Shown here piece after piece: positions 11,009 to 22,648 of a stretch of 64,000 nucleotides of DNA. A program made the position numbers and the translations under genes. How positions within the stretch are numbered: the stretch's first letter is position 1; the number at the start of each line of letters is the position of its first letter. Location: NCBI GenBank assembly GCA_963695875.1, contig CAVOID010000014.1:64001-128000 (forward strand). Direction: 5' to 3'. Below the pieces are notes generated by a model. It did no database searches, was not told the DNA's origin, and saw nothing but the letters and a program-made list of their open reading frames with translations. This DNA is from an uncultured delta proteobacterium. Its GTDB lineage: Bacteria; Desulfobacterota; Syntrophia; Syntrophales; UBA2185.

Positions 11009-11745
11009 TAGTACCTCACTTCCTTAAGGAACAATCCATGCGCCGGTGCGGTTATACCCGCCCTTCTTCTATCTTTCGCTTCCACGATGCCCATTAATTC
11101 GGCTGAGGATATCTTCCCCCTGCCCACATCGACAAGCGTACCAACTATATTTCTTACCATGTATTTTAAAAAACCGTTAGCTTCGATAAATATTTTTATC
11201 ATATCCTGGTGGTCTATCTCCATATCAATATCTATGACGGTTCTAACATGATCCTTAATACCGCAATTGGCTGCACAGAAGGAAGAAAAATCAAATGTTC
11301 CTTTAAGAAGTAAAGCCGCTTCCTTCATCCTTCCCATATCGAGGGGTTCACGTTTGAACCAGGCGCAGTTTCTGTATAAGGCTGAGCGTACCGGACTGTT
11401 GAATATCTGATATAAATACACTTTGCTTTTGGTATCATACCGTGCATGAAAAGCTGCATCTACCTCTGCCAATTCCTTTACCACGATATCCCAAGGCAGA
11501 ATGCTATTTATTCCATTGAAAAGGTTTCTCACCCCTATATTAGAATTCGTCCTGAAGTTTGCTACCTGGTTAATAGCATGAACGCCTGCATCCGTTCTCC
11601 CTGAACCGATGACCCTGATATTTTCCTGCGTAATTTTATTGATGCTTTCTTCGAGGACCTTCTGAATTGTAATAGTATCACCCTGACGCTGCCATCCATG
11701 ATACCTCGTCCCGTCATACTCCAAAATCATCTTTATATTACGCAT
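11008..11745 (-). CDS. truA: tRNA pseudouridine(38-40) synthase
   Basis: YDGTRYHGWQ, GRTDAGVHA, FLKYMVRNIVG, TAPAHGLFL. Confidence 0.97.
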   Translation of the reverse strand: MRNIKMILEYDGTRYHGWQRQGDTITIQKVLEESINKITQENIRVIGSGRTDAGVHAINQVANFRTNSNIGVRNLFNGINSILPWDIVVKELAEVDAAFHARYDTKSKVYLYQIFNSPVRSALYRNCAWFKREPLDMGRMKEAALLLKGTFDFSSFCAANCGIKDHVRTVIDIDMEIDHQDMIKIFIEANGFLKYMVRNIVGTLVDVGRGKISSAELMGIVEAKDRRRAGITAPAHGLFLKEVRY

Positions 11746-11779
11746 GATAACTTTTCTACATTATTTTGCCATTTGCCAT

Positions 11780-11810
11780 AAAAAAAAGGGGATATTATCC
11801 CCCTTTCTTT
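11780..11810. terminator. Hairpin terminator downstream of pgk
   Basis: aaaaaaaagggga-tatta-tccccctttcttt. Confidence 0.6.
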
Positions 11811-11826
11811 ATACTCAAATACATAA

Positions 11827-13020
11827 TCAGCGTGGGCTGTCCAAACCGTCAAGGGCCTCAATTGCCGGGAGTGATTTACCAGCCAGAAGTTCGATGGAAG
11901 CTCCGCCTCCGGTTGATATATAGGTTATTCTGTCACTTTCACCGGCTTTATGAATTGCCACATCCGTATCCCCTCCACCGACAATGGTAACGGCGTAGGA
12001 ATTTGCCACACTGTGCGCCAATGCCGAAGTCCCCCTGCCGAAGGCATCAATCTCAAATACTCCCATCGGGCCGTTCCATACAATGGTCTTGGCATTATTC
12101 AGTACCTCCGTGAAAAGGGTAATGGTGGCAGGACCGATATCAAGCCCCTTCCACTTGGAGTTGATTTCCTGCACCGGTACTATCTTGGTTTCCGCTTCTG
12201 CACTTGCATCTTCAGCGATGACGCAATCAACGGGCAAATAAAATTTCACACCCAGTTTTTTGGCTGTCTCCATGATCTCCTGCGCTTTTGGCAACAGCTC
12301 CTCTTCAAAAATGGATTTGCCAATTTCATATCCCAGTGCTTTCAGGAAGGTAAACGCCATGCCTCCCCCGATAACCATTTTATCAACTTTTTTGATGAGG
12401 TGAAGCAGGGCCTCAAGTTTACCGGATACTTTCGAGCCTCCTATTATAGCAACAAAAGGCCTCGCTGGACTATCTACAGCCTTCTTTAAATAATTTAATT
12501 CCTGCTTGATCAGGAATCCTGCACCAGACTCCTTTACATACTTGAGGATTCCCACATTCGATGCATGTTTTCTGTGAGCGTTGCCAAAGGCATCATCAAT
12601 GTAGACATCCCCCAGGCTGGCCAGCTCTTTGGCAAATTCATCACTATTCTTTTCCTCTTCAGTGTGAAACCTCAGGTTCTCAAGGAGAACAACACTCCCG
12701 GGTTTCATATCTTCGATTAATTTTTTTACCTCATTACCGATACAGTCCTTCGCTAATATTACCTCTTTATTAATGAGACGCGATAATCTTTTCGCCACTG
12801 GAGCAAGGCTGAACTCGGGCGACACTTTCCCTTTAGGGCGTCCCAGATGTGACATAATTATCACTTTTGCTCCCTCATCGAGGGCATAATTAATCGTCGG
12901 AACCGTTGACCTTATCCTGATATCATCAGTTATGTTTAAGGTACTGTCCAAAGGAACATTGTAATCAAATCTGAATAAAACCCTTTTCCCCTTGAGATTG
13001 ATCTCGTCAATGAATTTCAT
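11827..13020 (-). CDS. pgk: Phosphoglycerate kinase
   Basis: [37 protein letters not shown]. Confidence 0.97.
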   Translation of the reverse strand: MKFIDEINLKGKRVLFRFDYNVPLDSTLNITDDIRIRSTVPTINYALDEGAKVIIMSHLGRPKGKVSPEFSLAPVAKRLSRLINKEVILAKDCIGNEVKKLIEDMKPGSVVLLENLRFHTEEEKNSDEFAKELASLGDVYIDDAFGNAHRKHASNVGILKYVKESGAGFLIKQELNYLKKAVDSPARPFVAIIGGSKVSGKLEALLHLIKKVDKMVIGGGMAFTFLKALGYEIGKSIFEEELLPKAQEIMETAKKLGVKFYLPVDCVIAEDASAEAETKIVPVQEINSKWKGLDIGPATITLFTEVLNNAKTIVWNGPMGVFEIDAFGRGTSALAHSVANSYAVTIVGGGDTDVAIHKAGESDRITYISTGGGASIELLAGKSLPAIEALDGLDSPR

Positions 13021-13213
13021 AGCGTCCCCTTTCACTTCACTCAACATCAAGCCGGTTTATTTTAGGTCACCAGGAAAATAGCCGTGAAATATATACCTTA
13101 TGAACTGATTTAGGTCAATACGGAAATCTCAATTTTTATGACTTTGTCTATTCCCGTATTTACGAAAACTGCATGCACGAATTTTATGTCCTATTAATAT
13201 TTGAACGAAAATA

Positions 13214-13954
13214 TCAAGGAGACGACTTCAATTTTGTGAGGGATATTTCTCCTTCCTTCTTGATAGGGTCGGGGAGGTTACTCACCAGGACACCTTTCAG
13301 GATCTCTTCGCTCCATGGTTCCCTCAGGGCGGCAGCAGCCCGAATTGCCAGCTTCTCCCGCAGCGACTTCGGCGGGTAAACCCTTACCACGGAGTTCTTC
13401 TCCGGATAATAGAACTGGATATAACCTTTGCGGATGTTTCGGCCGTAAACGTTGATGGTAATGGCAATGTCACTGCTGATATTTTCCATGCTGTGGATTC
13501 CTTTGTTCAACGGAAGTACGTAAGTTACCCGGCCGGGATCTATGATAACGGACGAAACCTCTTCCAGCAAGGCATAACCCTCCTTTTTGCCGTCATCGAT
13601 ACGCCTGTACTTTCTCTCCCTGAAGGGCTGCACAAAACTGCCTATTATTCCCCAGGAACCATGATCATGAACAGCATCAATGATGTAGGATTCCCATATG
13701 TAGCATAGGACCTGGAAAGACCTGTCGGGGCTTTTGTAGAGTGTGATCTCATTGGGCCAGATCCCTATTTTCTGGTTTTCGTTGAATCCAGGCTCAAACA
13801 GGATCTTCCGCAGGATATCGCCGAACCATTCCCGCTCCCTTATAAGCTCAGCCATCAGAGCACTTCCCGCTTCGATGAGCCGGTTCATCGCCGGTTTCTC
13901 CCCGAGCAATGTATTAACCCGGTCACAGAACTGTTCAAGATTTCCAGTTGTCAT
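13214..13954 (-). CDS. Cysteine-dioxygenase-like cupin protein
   Basis: HDHGSWG...GIHSMEN...INVYG pattern giving an HxH...H metal triad. Confidence 0.6.
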   Translation of the reverse strand: MTTGNLEQFCDRVNTLLGEKPAMNRLIEAGSALMAELIREREWFGDILRKILFEPGFNENQKIGIWPNEITLYKSPDRSFQVLCYIWESYIIDAVHDHGSWGIIGSFVQPFRERKYRRIDDGKKEGYALLEEVSSVIIDPGRVTYVLPLNKGIHSMENISSDIAITINVYGRNIRKGYIQFYYPEKNSVVRVYPPKSLREKLAIRAAAALREPWSEEILKGVLVSNLPDPIKKEGEISLTKLKSSP

Positions 13955-14857
13955 CTATGAATCCTTTTTTGCCGGTCAGGTTTTGCGGCGGATGCCTGAT
14001 CCGTCTCATTTTTGAGGGTTCCGTATTTCCTGATGTGACTCCACGATTTGTATTCGGGATCTTCCGGGTTTGCGGCCAAGGCTTCGGCTTCGCGGAGGTA
14101 TTTTTTCCGGATGCCCTTCTGCTTGTAAAGGAGCCTGTCCTTCCCGACAGGACAGACCTTGGTGCAGATGCCGCACGGGTAGCACCGGCGCTGTGTCAGT
14201 TCTTCGGCCATTTCCAGGCAGGCCATCTTGTCATAATCACCGATCACCTGATCCTCCTTCATGGACGATGGCCTTCTTAGGACAGCACTGGGCGCAGAGC
14301 CCGCACTTGATGCAGAGATCTTTTTTAACCATACGGTCCGGCGGTATCACCGCTGATGTGAATACGGAAACGAATCGGACGCGGGGGCCGAATTCCGGTG
14401 TCAGGAGAACATGGCTCGCGCCTATTGTCCCAAGACCCGCATATTTGGCGGCCATGACATGGCTGAAGGCCGCCATCGGCCGGTCTTTCAGGGCCTTCAA
14501 ACTGGCGTAGACATCACGGCCGAAAAAAAACGAGGCATGGCCCATGCGGTTGAGGTACCGGGTCAAATCGTAGGCGAGAGTGTCCAGCTTGCGGTTGGCT
14601 GTCCTGTAGAGTTCCATGTGAAGAACGGATGGTGTCGTCTCCACGATGGGAAGCGGCATTTCCACACCGATGACGATGACGGTACGGGCGGGAGGCCAGA
14701 TCGATCGCGGCCGGAAGTCAGGGGGAACTTCACCGGCCTCGTCCCAACGCTCCGCGGGTGCAAAGCCGACAAGGTCGGCACCTCGCTCCTTGCAGAATGC
14801 TATGATATGATCCTTGAGCTTCTGCCCTTCCGGAGGGCCTTTTGTTTTTAATCCCAT
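13951..14857 (-). CDS. QueG/epoxyqueuosine-reductase-like 2x[4Fe-4S] protein; frameshift near 14262
   Basis: GADLVGFA, FSHVMAAKYAGLGTIG, TPEFGPRVR, CIKCGLCAQCCP and CGICTKVCP. Confidence 0.75.
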
Positions 14858-14866
14858 AATCCCTAT

Positions 14867-15332
14867 TCAGCGAGGTTGTTTGATTTGGGGACCAATGTGT
14901 GTCAATATTTCACGCGCATCAAAGGCCCTCATGTCTTCTTCAGGCTTCTTCCCGTGTTTGAGTTTAATCAGTACTGTTGCACCGGGAGCTTTAACAGTCT
15001 GCAGTGATGCATCATATCTCCTCCTTCCGCCTCGCCATTCCCCAAGAATCCTCTGTTGTTATGTCTTTCTCCTCAATTACAATGAAATAGTCATAGCCAT
15101 TCTGAAGGGTTATTTCGGCACAGCGATACGCGAGAAGACCTTTCATGGCATCGTAGGTCGTCGCATCGTTACATTTATAACTGACTTGAAACACGTCTTT
15201 TTGTATTTGTGTCTCGGAATATCCCGTATATGGATCACCAACCCCCAATTTCCAGTATCCGGTTGGGACTGGCGCACACGACAGCATTAAAAAATTGAGC
15301 AATATAATCATTAGAACATGATTTATTTTCAT
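14867..15332 (-). CDS. Small lipoprotein (CC0125/CC1285-like); frameshift near 15015
   Basis: Lipobox MLSC; GYSETQI...YRCAEITLQNGYDYF; alternate-frame C-terminus ...AFDAREILTHIGPQIKQPR. Confidence 0.6.
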
Positions 15333-15533
15333 AATGACACCTATTTTACTGCGCTAAGATAAGATCATGCATAATTATGGACATGGTATTACTGAAATAA
15401 AACCTATATTATTTTATACAAATAATAGTGTGTAGAGTAAAGAAATAAGTCCCATTGACAAAGGATTGATCCTCCCGGAAGACAATCTCCTTTTACCCAA
15501 ATTTTATGTCGTTGAGTTGTGACCGATATTTAA

Positions 15534-15562
15534 TTGACTTACAAGTCCGATAATTTTATAGT
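15534..15562 (+). promoter_or_regulatory. Sigma70-like promoter upstream of the cassette array
   Basis: TTGACT-N17-TATAGT. Confidence 0.45.
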
Positions 15563-15576
15563 TCATTCATCGGTTT

Positions 15577-15603
15577 AAGCCACCACCTCCGGTGGTAGTT
15601 GAC
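15577..15603. mobile_element. Isolated IS200/IS605-family-like end hairpin (remnant)
   Basis: aagcc-accacc-tcc-ggtggt-agttgac resembles the AAGCC-hairpin-AGTTGAC termini of IS605/IscB-type elements. Confidence 0.35.
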
Positions 15604-15805
15604 TTATAAACAAGCAAAGTCCTATCAAAATACTCTTTAACAATGGATGCGAAGGGGTATTATATTGATCTGCATAAAACCCCGCTCAATAATTGAGAAT
15701 ATTTTTGATAGCACTTATGGATTGTACTGTTAGCATTGTAAGCATAAGCTATTTTCTCGGGGTGTTATACCGCAACTTTGCGGCGTTTGGGTTTTTATAC
15801 AAGAT

Positions 15806-15825
15806 ACATATAAACATTGTTGGGC
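15806..15825 (+). mobile_element. Candidate integron attI-like site
   Basis: acatataaacattGTTGGGC: exact GTTRRRY core preceded by a TAAAC box, 20 bp before the first cassette ORF. Confidence 0.5.
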
Positions 15826-15845
15826 TGCTGTATGAGGTTTTGTGA

Positions 15846-16556
15846 ATGAGTTCTGATAAAACTATATCAAGAATTATAGAACGTGTTGCAAAGCTTAAGG
15901 ATGAGTTTACTGGTTGTTTGCAATATTTTGAGGCAGCCAATCTATTTACTGGACCCAGTTTATATTTTCACTATAAAACATGCACTATCAGAAAGAAGTA
16001 TCCTTCTGCAGTAGCAACTCTGAATGACAAATATTTCTTTGAGAGTCTTTATGCAACACTCACAGCATGGGGCATGCACCGTATGGGACCAGGCAAAGCA
16101 AAACTTGTCGATTTAGATGATATGATGAAAAGCTTCATACAGCAGTCAAACAATATCGCGAAAATTGAAACTTTAGTACTCTCTGAGTTAGGAAGCAATG
16201 CCATAATTGATGTAACAAACAGATTATGGGAAATCATTTTTCAACTTAAAGTAGGAATTGGAGAAACAAAGATAGTTGCAAATTCTAAGGCACTACATCA
16301 TCTGCTTCCAAACTTAATACCACCAATAGACCGAGAATATACTCTGAGATTTTTCTATAACCACACAACTCTCAATCAAGGTGATGAAAAAGCTTTTAAA
16401 GAGATCTACCCATATCTTCATACTATTGCTTCATCAAAAAAAGAAACAATTCGTAAAAAACTCGGACATGGAATGAATACCAGCGAAACAAAGGTTATTG
16501 ATAATGCAATAGTTGGCTTCGGTCGTAAGTATATAAAAATCAGAGAGAACCAATAG
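15846..16556 (+). CDS. Integron cassette 1: hypothetical protein with a HhH-GPD-like motif
   Basis: AT-rich ORF followed by an attC; motif GIGETKIVANSKALHHLLPNLIPPIDREY. Confidence 0.6.
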   Translation: MSSDKTISRIIERVAKLKDEFTGCLQYFEAANLFTGPSLYFHYKTCTIRKKYPSAVATLNDKYFFESLYATLTAWGMHRMGPGKAKLVDLDDMMKSFIQQSNNIAKIETLVLSELGSNAIIDVTNRLWEIIFQLKVGIGETKIVANSKALHHLLPNLIPPIDREYTLRFFYNHTTLNQGDEKAFKEIYPYLHTIASSKKETIRKKLGHGMNTSETKVIDNAIVGFGRKYIKIRENQ

Positions 16557-16570
16557 TAGTTAGGAGAAAA

Positions 16571-16632
16571 GCCTGAACCAAAGGTTCCAGCGGACGCGGC
16601 GGTGCCGCGCCGCTGACCCTTCACGATTAGTT
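16571..16632 (+). mobile_element. attC site 1 (slightly degenerate)
   Basis: gcctgaacc-aaaggttccagcgg-acgcggcggtgccgcg-ccgctgaccct-tcacgattagtt: GC-rich imperfect palindrome with an extrahelical base between R''-like and R'-like boxes, just after a stop codon. Confidence 0.75.
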
Positions 16633-16649
16633 CTTATTCAGGCACAAGA

Positions 16650-17672
16650 ATGATGAGCAAAAAAAATTGGGTCAGATTTGAAAGACTTGTGGCTGCAATT
16701 CATCTTGCTGAGTCGCAAGGTGCAGAAGTGAAATGGAATGACAAGATTGAAGGTCGTCAATTTGATGTAACATTACGATTCAAGCATGGTTTACACGAGT
16801 ATCTAACAGTCATCGAATGCAAGGACTACAATGGGAAAATACCTGTCGAAAAAGTGGATGCATTAGTTACAAAAGCAAGAGATGTAAAAGCCAACGAAGC
16901 AATCATGGTATCTTCAAATGGATATCAATCTGGGTGTTATGAGGTTGCTAAAAGGCATGGAATTAGTCTTCTTACCTTGAATGAAAAATTTGAACTTGAT
17001 CAGAGTAGTTTGTTTAAAGAAGTTACTCCAGCATTAAACATATATGATGTCCGCTTTATCCAGCCCAGTGGAGAGGAAATCTTACTCGAAGATGAAGGGG
17101 GCAGTTTACATTATCACATGACTCATATCCAGCTCGTATCTAAAACTAGAGAGATTAACCCAAACCAATTGATTAATGAATGGCAATTAGACAAGCCATA
17201 CTTGGATGCCGCTTCTGCGAGTGGAGTATTAATAAAGTTAGAACAAGGTACAATAGCCATGATTCCTTATGAAGAAAGTGTTGAGGTAGTATCCATAAAG
17301 TTTAAGTGTAAGATGATTCAGGCCTTTATACCCAATCAACCTTTACCTGATATGCATATTATGGAGGGAATGAGAACCAGATATGAATTGCAAAATGAAC
17401 ATGGCGAGATTGTCCACACAGCTTTATCACCAGAAGTAAAACTAGGATTTGATACGCAAGTTATACCTGGTAAGTTTTATGTAAATCCCCGCCTTCATAT
17501 TTTCTATTACTGTGAAGCAATTGACAAGAATATTGTCACATGGATAATTGTAGAATCATATCAACATGGCCAACTACTAAGAACAATATTTAGACAAGAC
17601 ATAAAGTATTCATGTTATTATCTTGAGGTCACTGATAAAAAAAGCTGGAAAAACTTAACAGATTACTTTTAG
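16650..17672 (+). CDS. Integron cassette 2: Mrr-cat/PD-(D/E)xK restriction-endonuclease-like protein; true stop may be ~17687
   Basis: FERLVA...RQFDV...IECKDY...VEKVDALVTK...VSSNGYQSG; AT-rich. Confidence 0.75.
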   Translation: MMSKKNWVRFERLVAAIHLAESQGAEVKWNDKIEGRQFDVTLRFKHGLHEYLTVIECKDYNGKIPVEKVDALVTKARDVKANEAIMVSSNGYQSGCYEVAKRHGISLLTLNEKFELDQSSLFKEVTPALNIYDVRFIQPSGEEILLEDEGGSLHYHMTHIQLVSKTREINPNQLINEWQLDKPYLDAASASGVLIKLEQGTIAMIPYEESVEVVSIKFKCKMIQAFIPNQPLPDMHIMEGMRTRYELQNEHGEIVHTALSPEVKLGFDTQVIPGKFYVNPRLHIFYYCEAIDKNIVTWIIVESYQHGQLLRTIFRQDIKYSCYYLEVTDKKSWKNLTDYF

Positions 17673-17695
17673 ATTTCAGAAAAATAAGTACAAAG

Positions 17696-17757
17696 AGCTA
17701 ACAAATCAATCCAGTGGATCGAGGCATGCACCCCGGCCCTGATCTTTGTCGTTACAC
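17696..17757 (+). mobile_element. attC site 2
   Basis: AGCTAAC-aaatcaatccagtggatcg...ccggccctgatctttgtc-GTTACAC. Confidence 0.75.
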
Positions 17758-17823
17758 TATTTCGATCCATAATACGCGGTTCTCTGGCGAAACGAGATAA
17801 GGATCAATTGGCGTACCACAGGA

Positions 17824-19756
<1,933 letters not shown>

Positions 19757-19831
19757 TTCAGTCCTTTCTTTAGTTGTAAATGATGCACTGAGACTTATAC
19801 TAATTCCTTACAAATAGTTTAGCCGTCTGAT

Positions 19832-20524
19832 TTAAGCCTTTTTATGAGACCCTCTGCTAATAACAATATCGTCCTTCGTCGTAATCTTGATATTATCATA
19901 GGAACCACGAATCATCTTCACATTGATGCCTATCCTCTCAACGAGTGAGGCATCGTCAGTCCCATAATAATTATCCTCATAAGCAACTTCATAGGCCTTT
20001 TTTATAACATCCCGTTTAAATGCCTGAGGAGTCTGCGTCAGCCACAGAGTGCCGCGATCGAGCGTTTCCCTGACCCACGCGTGATCATCAACTGACTTAA
20101 CGGTATCCTTGACCGGGACACCGACTGTCACCGCCTCTTCCTTTGATGCTTCAACAATGGCAGAATTGACCAGTTCTTCTGATATGAACGGCCTGACACC
20201 ATCATGAATCACAACGATGTCATGATTACTTGCTAACGCATTAATCCCGTTCCTTACAGAATCCTGCCTTTCCCTTCCTCCTGCCAGTATCCGGCTGACT
20301 TTAGAAATGCCATATTTTTCAACAATTAATTGACGGGCAAACTCAATATCATCCTCCGGAACGATGAGAAATATCTCATCTATCTTTGGCGATTCCTGAA
20401 ATATTCTCAGCGTATGCACAAGGACGGGTACACCATCCAGCAAAAGATATTGTTTGGATTGATTTTCCTGCATCCGCTTTCCCGAACCGCCGGCAGGAAT
20501 AATTGCAACTGTTTTCATTGCCAT
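19832..20524 (-). CDS. ispD: MEP cytidylyltransferase; extreme C-terminus probably frameshifted
   Basis: PAGGSGKRM, GGRERQDSV, HDGVRP, QTPQAF, TDDASLVE, NIKITT. Confidence 0.96.
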   Translation of the reverse strand: MAMKTVAIIPAGGSGKRMQENQSKQYLLLDGVPVLVHTLRIFQESPKIDEIFLIVPEDDIEFARQLIVEKYGISKVSRILAGGRERQDSVRNGINALASNHDIVVIHDGVRPFISEELVNSAIVEASKEEAVTVGVPVKDTVKSVDDHAWVRETLDRGTLWLTQTPQAFKRDVIKKAYEVAYEDNYYGTDDASLVERIGINVKMIRGSYDNIKITTKDDIVISRGSHKKA

Positions 20525-20533
20525 GCTCAAGAT

Positions 20534-20569
20534 AAAAAAAAGCCCGGCGCTTTTGAGCTCTCCGGGCTT
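20534..20569 (-). terminator. Intrinsic terminator-like hairpin between the PIN/TRAM gene and ispD
   Basis: aagcccgg...ccgggctt followed by T8 on the minus strand. Confidence 0.55.
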
Positions 20570-20579
20570 CAACATTATG

Positions 20580-21608
20580 TTATTGTTTTACACTGAACCC
20601 GTATGTTTTTTTATCTGCACTGCCTTCCTTCAACTCCGAAAATATCATCCTGCCCGCAGTCGTCTGCAGCACACTTGTTACAACAACTTCGACATTTGAG
20701 CCCTGATACTTCTGCGCATTATCAACAATTATCATGGTTCCATCATCGAGATACGCGACCCCCTGTCCGGGCTCTTTTCCGTCTTTGATGATCTTCACCG
20801 TCATTATCTCGCCGGGCAGGACCACAGGCTTCAGCGCATTCGCAAGTTCATTAACATTCAATATCTTTATGCCTTGCAGTTCGGCAACCTTGTTCAAGTT
20901 GAAATCATTGGTAATTATTTTACCATTCATTTTTTTTGCCATTGCCACAAGCTTCGCATCAACACCCTTGAGTTTCGGAAAATCCTGATCCACAACCTCA
21001 ATGTGGATTCCACTGCTCCTTTGCATCCGGTTCAGGATATCGAGCCCCCTTCTGCCGCGGGAACGCTTCATAGAATCTGAAGAGTCGGCAATGTACTGCA
21101 ATTCATCCAATACAAAGCGGGGGACCAACAGGGTGCCTTCAACAAAACCCGTATCACAGATATCTGCAATCCTGCCGTCAATAATAACGCTCGTATCAAG
21201 AATGCCATAATCGGAACTCTCTTTCGTCTGGCCAAAGCCGAATAGATTAAACTCTTCGATTTTTTTTGATCCGATAACAAGACCAAGATACCCCATAATA
21301 CCCGTCAGCAAGGCATATATCCAGGGGGCAACCTGCTGCTTCTCCCAGGTAACACCTACAAAATTCAGACCATAGGCCAGAAAGAAAGCTATGAAAAGGC
21401 CTATGATCATACCAACAACACCACCAAATATAACTCTGAGAGATACCTTTCTTATGGCCTGTTCAGCTCGTATGACAGAAATAGCAATTAATAATCCTAA
21501 AAATAATCCTATCAGTGCTATAGGAAATCCATAATAGGTAAATGCAATAAAATAACCGCTTATTGAACAAGCTGCCATGAGAAGAATTTTTATTATCAAT
21601 TTTATCAC
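20580..21608 (-). CDS. Membrane PIN/TRAM-domain protein (YacL family)
   Basis: 4 TM segments; [52 protein letters not shown]. Confidence 0.93.
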   Translation of the reverse strand: MIKLIIKILLMAACSISGYFIAFTYYGFPIALIGLFLGLLIAISVIRAEQAIRKVSLRVIFGGVVGMIIGLFIAFFLAYGLNFVGVTWEKQQVAPWIYALLTGIMGYLGLVIGSKKIEEFNLFGFGQTKESSDYGILDTSVIIDGRIADICDTGFVEGTLLVPRFVLDELQYIADSSDSMKRSRGRRGLDILNRMQRSSGIHIEVVDQDFPKLKGVDAKLVAMAKKMNGKIITNDFNLNKVAELQGIKILNVNELANALKPVVLPGEIMTVKIIKDGKEPGQGVAYLDDGTMIIVDNAQKYQGSNVEVVVTSVLQTTAGRMIFSELKEGSADKKTYGFSVKQ

Positions 21609-21712
21609 CTCCTTTCTTATTTTATTATGTTGCTTACTGATTCACTTTGCACGGGAATTTCACTTTTTTCGATAAGTATAATATACTTTATCGTAAAGTT
21701 ATTCCCTGAAGC

Positions 21713-22206
21713 TCATTGCACCGTTAATATCATTCTAAGGTCTTGTTCTACTTGGTTTCTTCCGAGTTACTCGCAACTGATATCTCCTTAACCAATAAGC
21801 TCTTGGCTGTATCCATCATTTTCCTTTCACCAAAGGACAGATTCTTGTCAGACTTTAAAATGAAAAGATCCCGCAATACTCTCGCAATTTCAAATACCGA
21901 GCCTGTCTTAATCTTATCCAGGTATTCCTTGTATCGCTTGTTCCACGTCTGCTTGTCGATGGTAACGTCCTTGTTTCGAAGTATCTCATATACTTTAGGA
22001 ATTTCCTTTTTTGCGATGACCTCTCTGAGCCCGACAGAATCTGCACCATCGATGGGAATCATAATTTTCATGCCGTTGCTCATGATCTTCATAATATAAA
22101 ACGACTGTTTGCTGCCCATATATTCCTTGTTTTCAATCGCTTCGATGATTCCAACACCTTGGGCTGGATAAACTGCTAAATCTCCTATCTTAAACATCTC
22201 CCTCAC
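21713..22206 (-). CDS. carD: CarD/CdnL family RNA-polymerase-binding regulator; frameshift near the 3' end
   Basis: FKIGDLAVYPAQGVG, TWNKRYKEY, ARVLRDL, LSFGERKM. Confidence 0.93.
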
Positions 22207-22288
22207 CCGCTAATTAAATTTTTTAATCATTTCTTATAACACATTTTAAAATAATAGTCAATATACAACCACTATGACCGGATAAGTC

Positions 22289-22530
22289 TTATTGTATGTA
22301 TCTATTCATTATTTTTAATAAATCATTGTCCAGCCGATCCTGCTCCTGCGTATTGTAACGATCAATAATACTCTTTACCCTGTTAAACATACCCTTGTCT
22401 GAAAGATCGGCAAGTCTTCCGTAAATCCCGCCTCTCCTTCCAACCCTGTATATGAGTCTTTCCTCGTCGGACAGGAAAAAGTAATTATCAATGATTCCTA
22501 AAAGCGTATCTTTATCCTCCGGAAGCTCCT
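22289..22530 (-). pseudogene. Orphan 3' gene fragment, probably the C-terminus of a radical SAM protein
   Basis: Translates (one frameshift) as LPEDKDTLLGIIDNYFFLSDEEK/LIYRVGRRGGIYGRLADLSDKG...IMNRYIQ*; no start codon; abuts a mini-element. Confidence 0.45.
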
Positions 22531-22534
22531 AAAA

Positions 22535-22648
22535 TTGAGGATCTTCGCTGTAAACAGCAGAGATTCTTGGATACTTAAGGAATAGTACCGTTTGAAATTC
22601 GCTCGTCTACCACGTAACAAGCTGTAGTGAATGCTCTCGCTGCCGGAT
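22535..22648 (-). mobile_element. Miniature IS200/IS605-like element, family A, copy 1 (diverged)
   Basis: Aligns end to end with the copies at 23638 and 60080; first hairpin shows compensatory changes. Confidence 0.7.

Noticed and set aside
17758..17823. tRNA gene or att site downstream of gltX
   Set aside because: No cloverleaf or T-loop GTTCRA in a tRNA context on either strand
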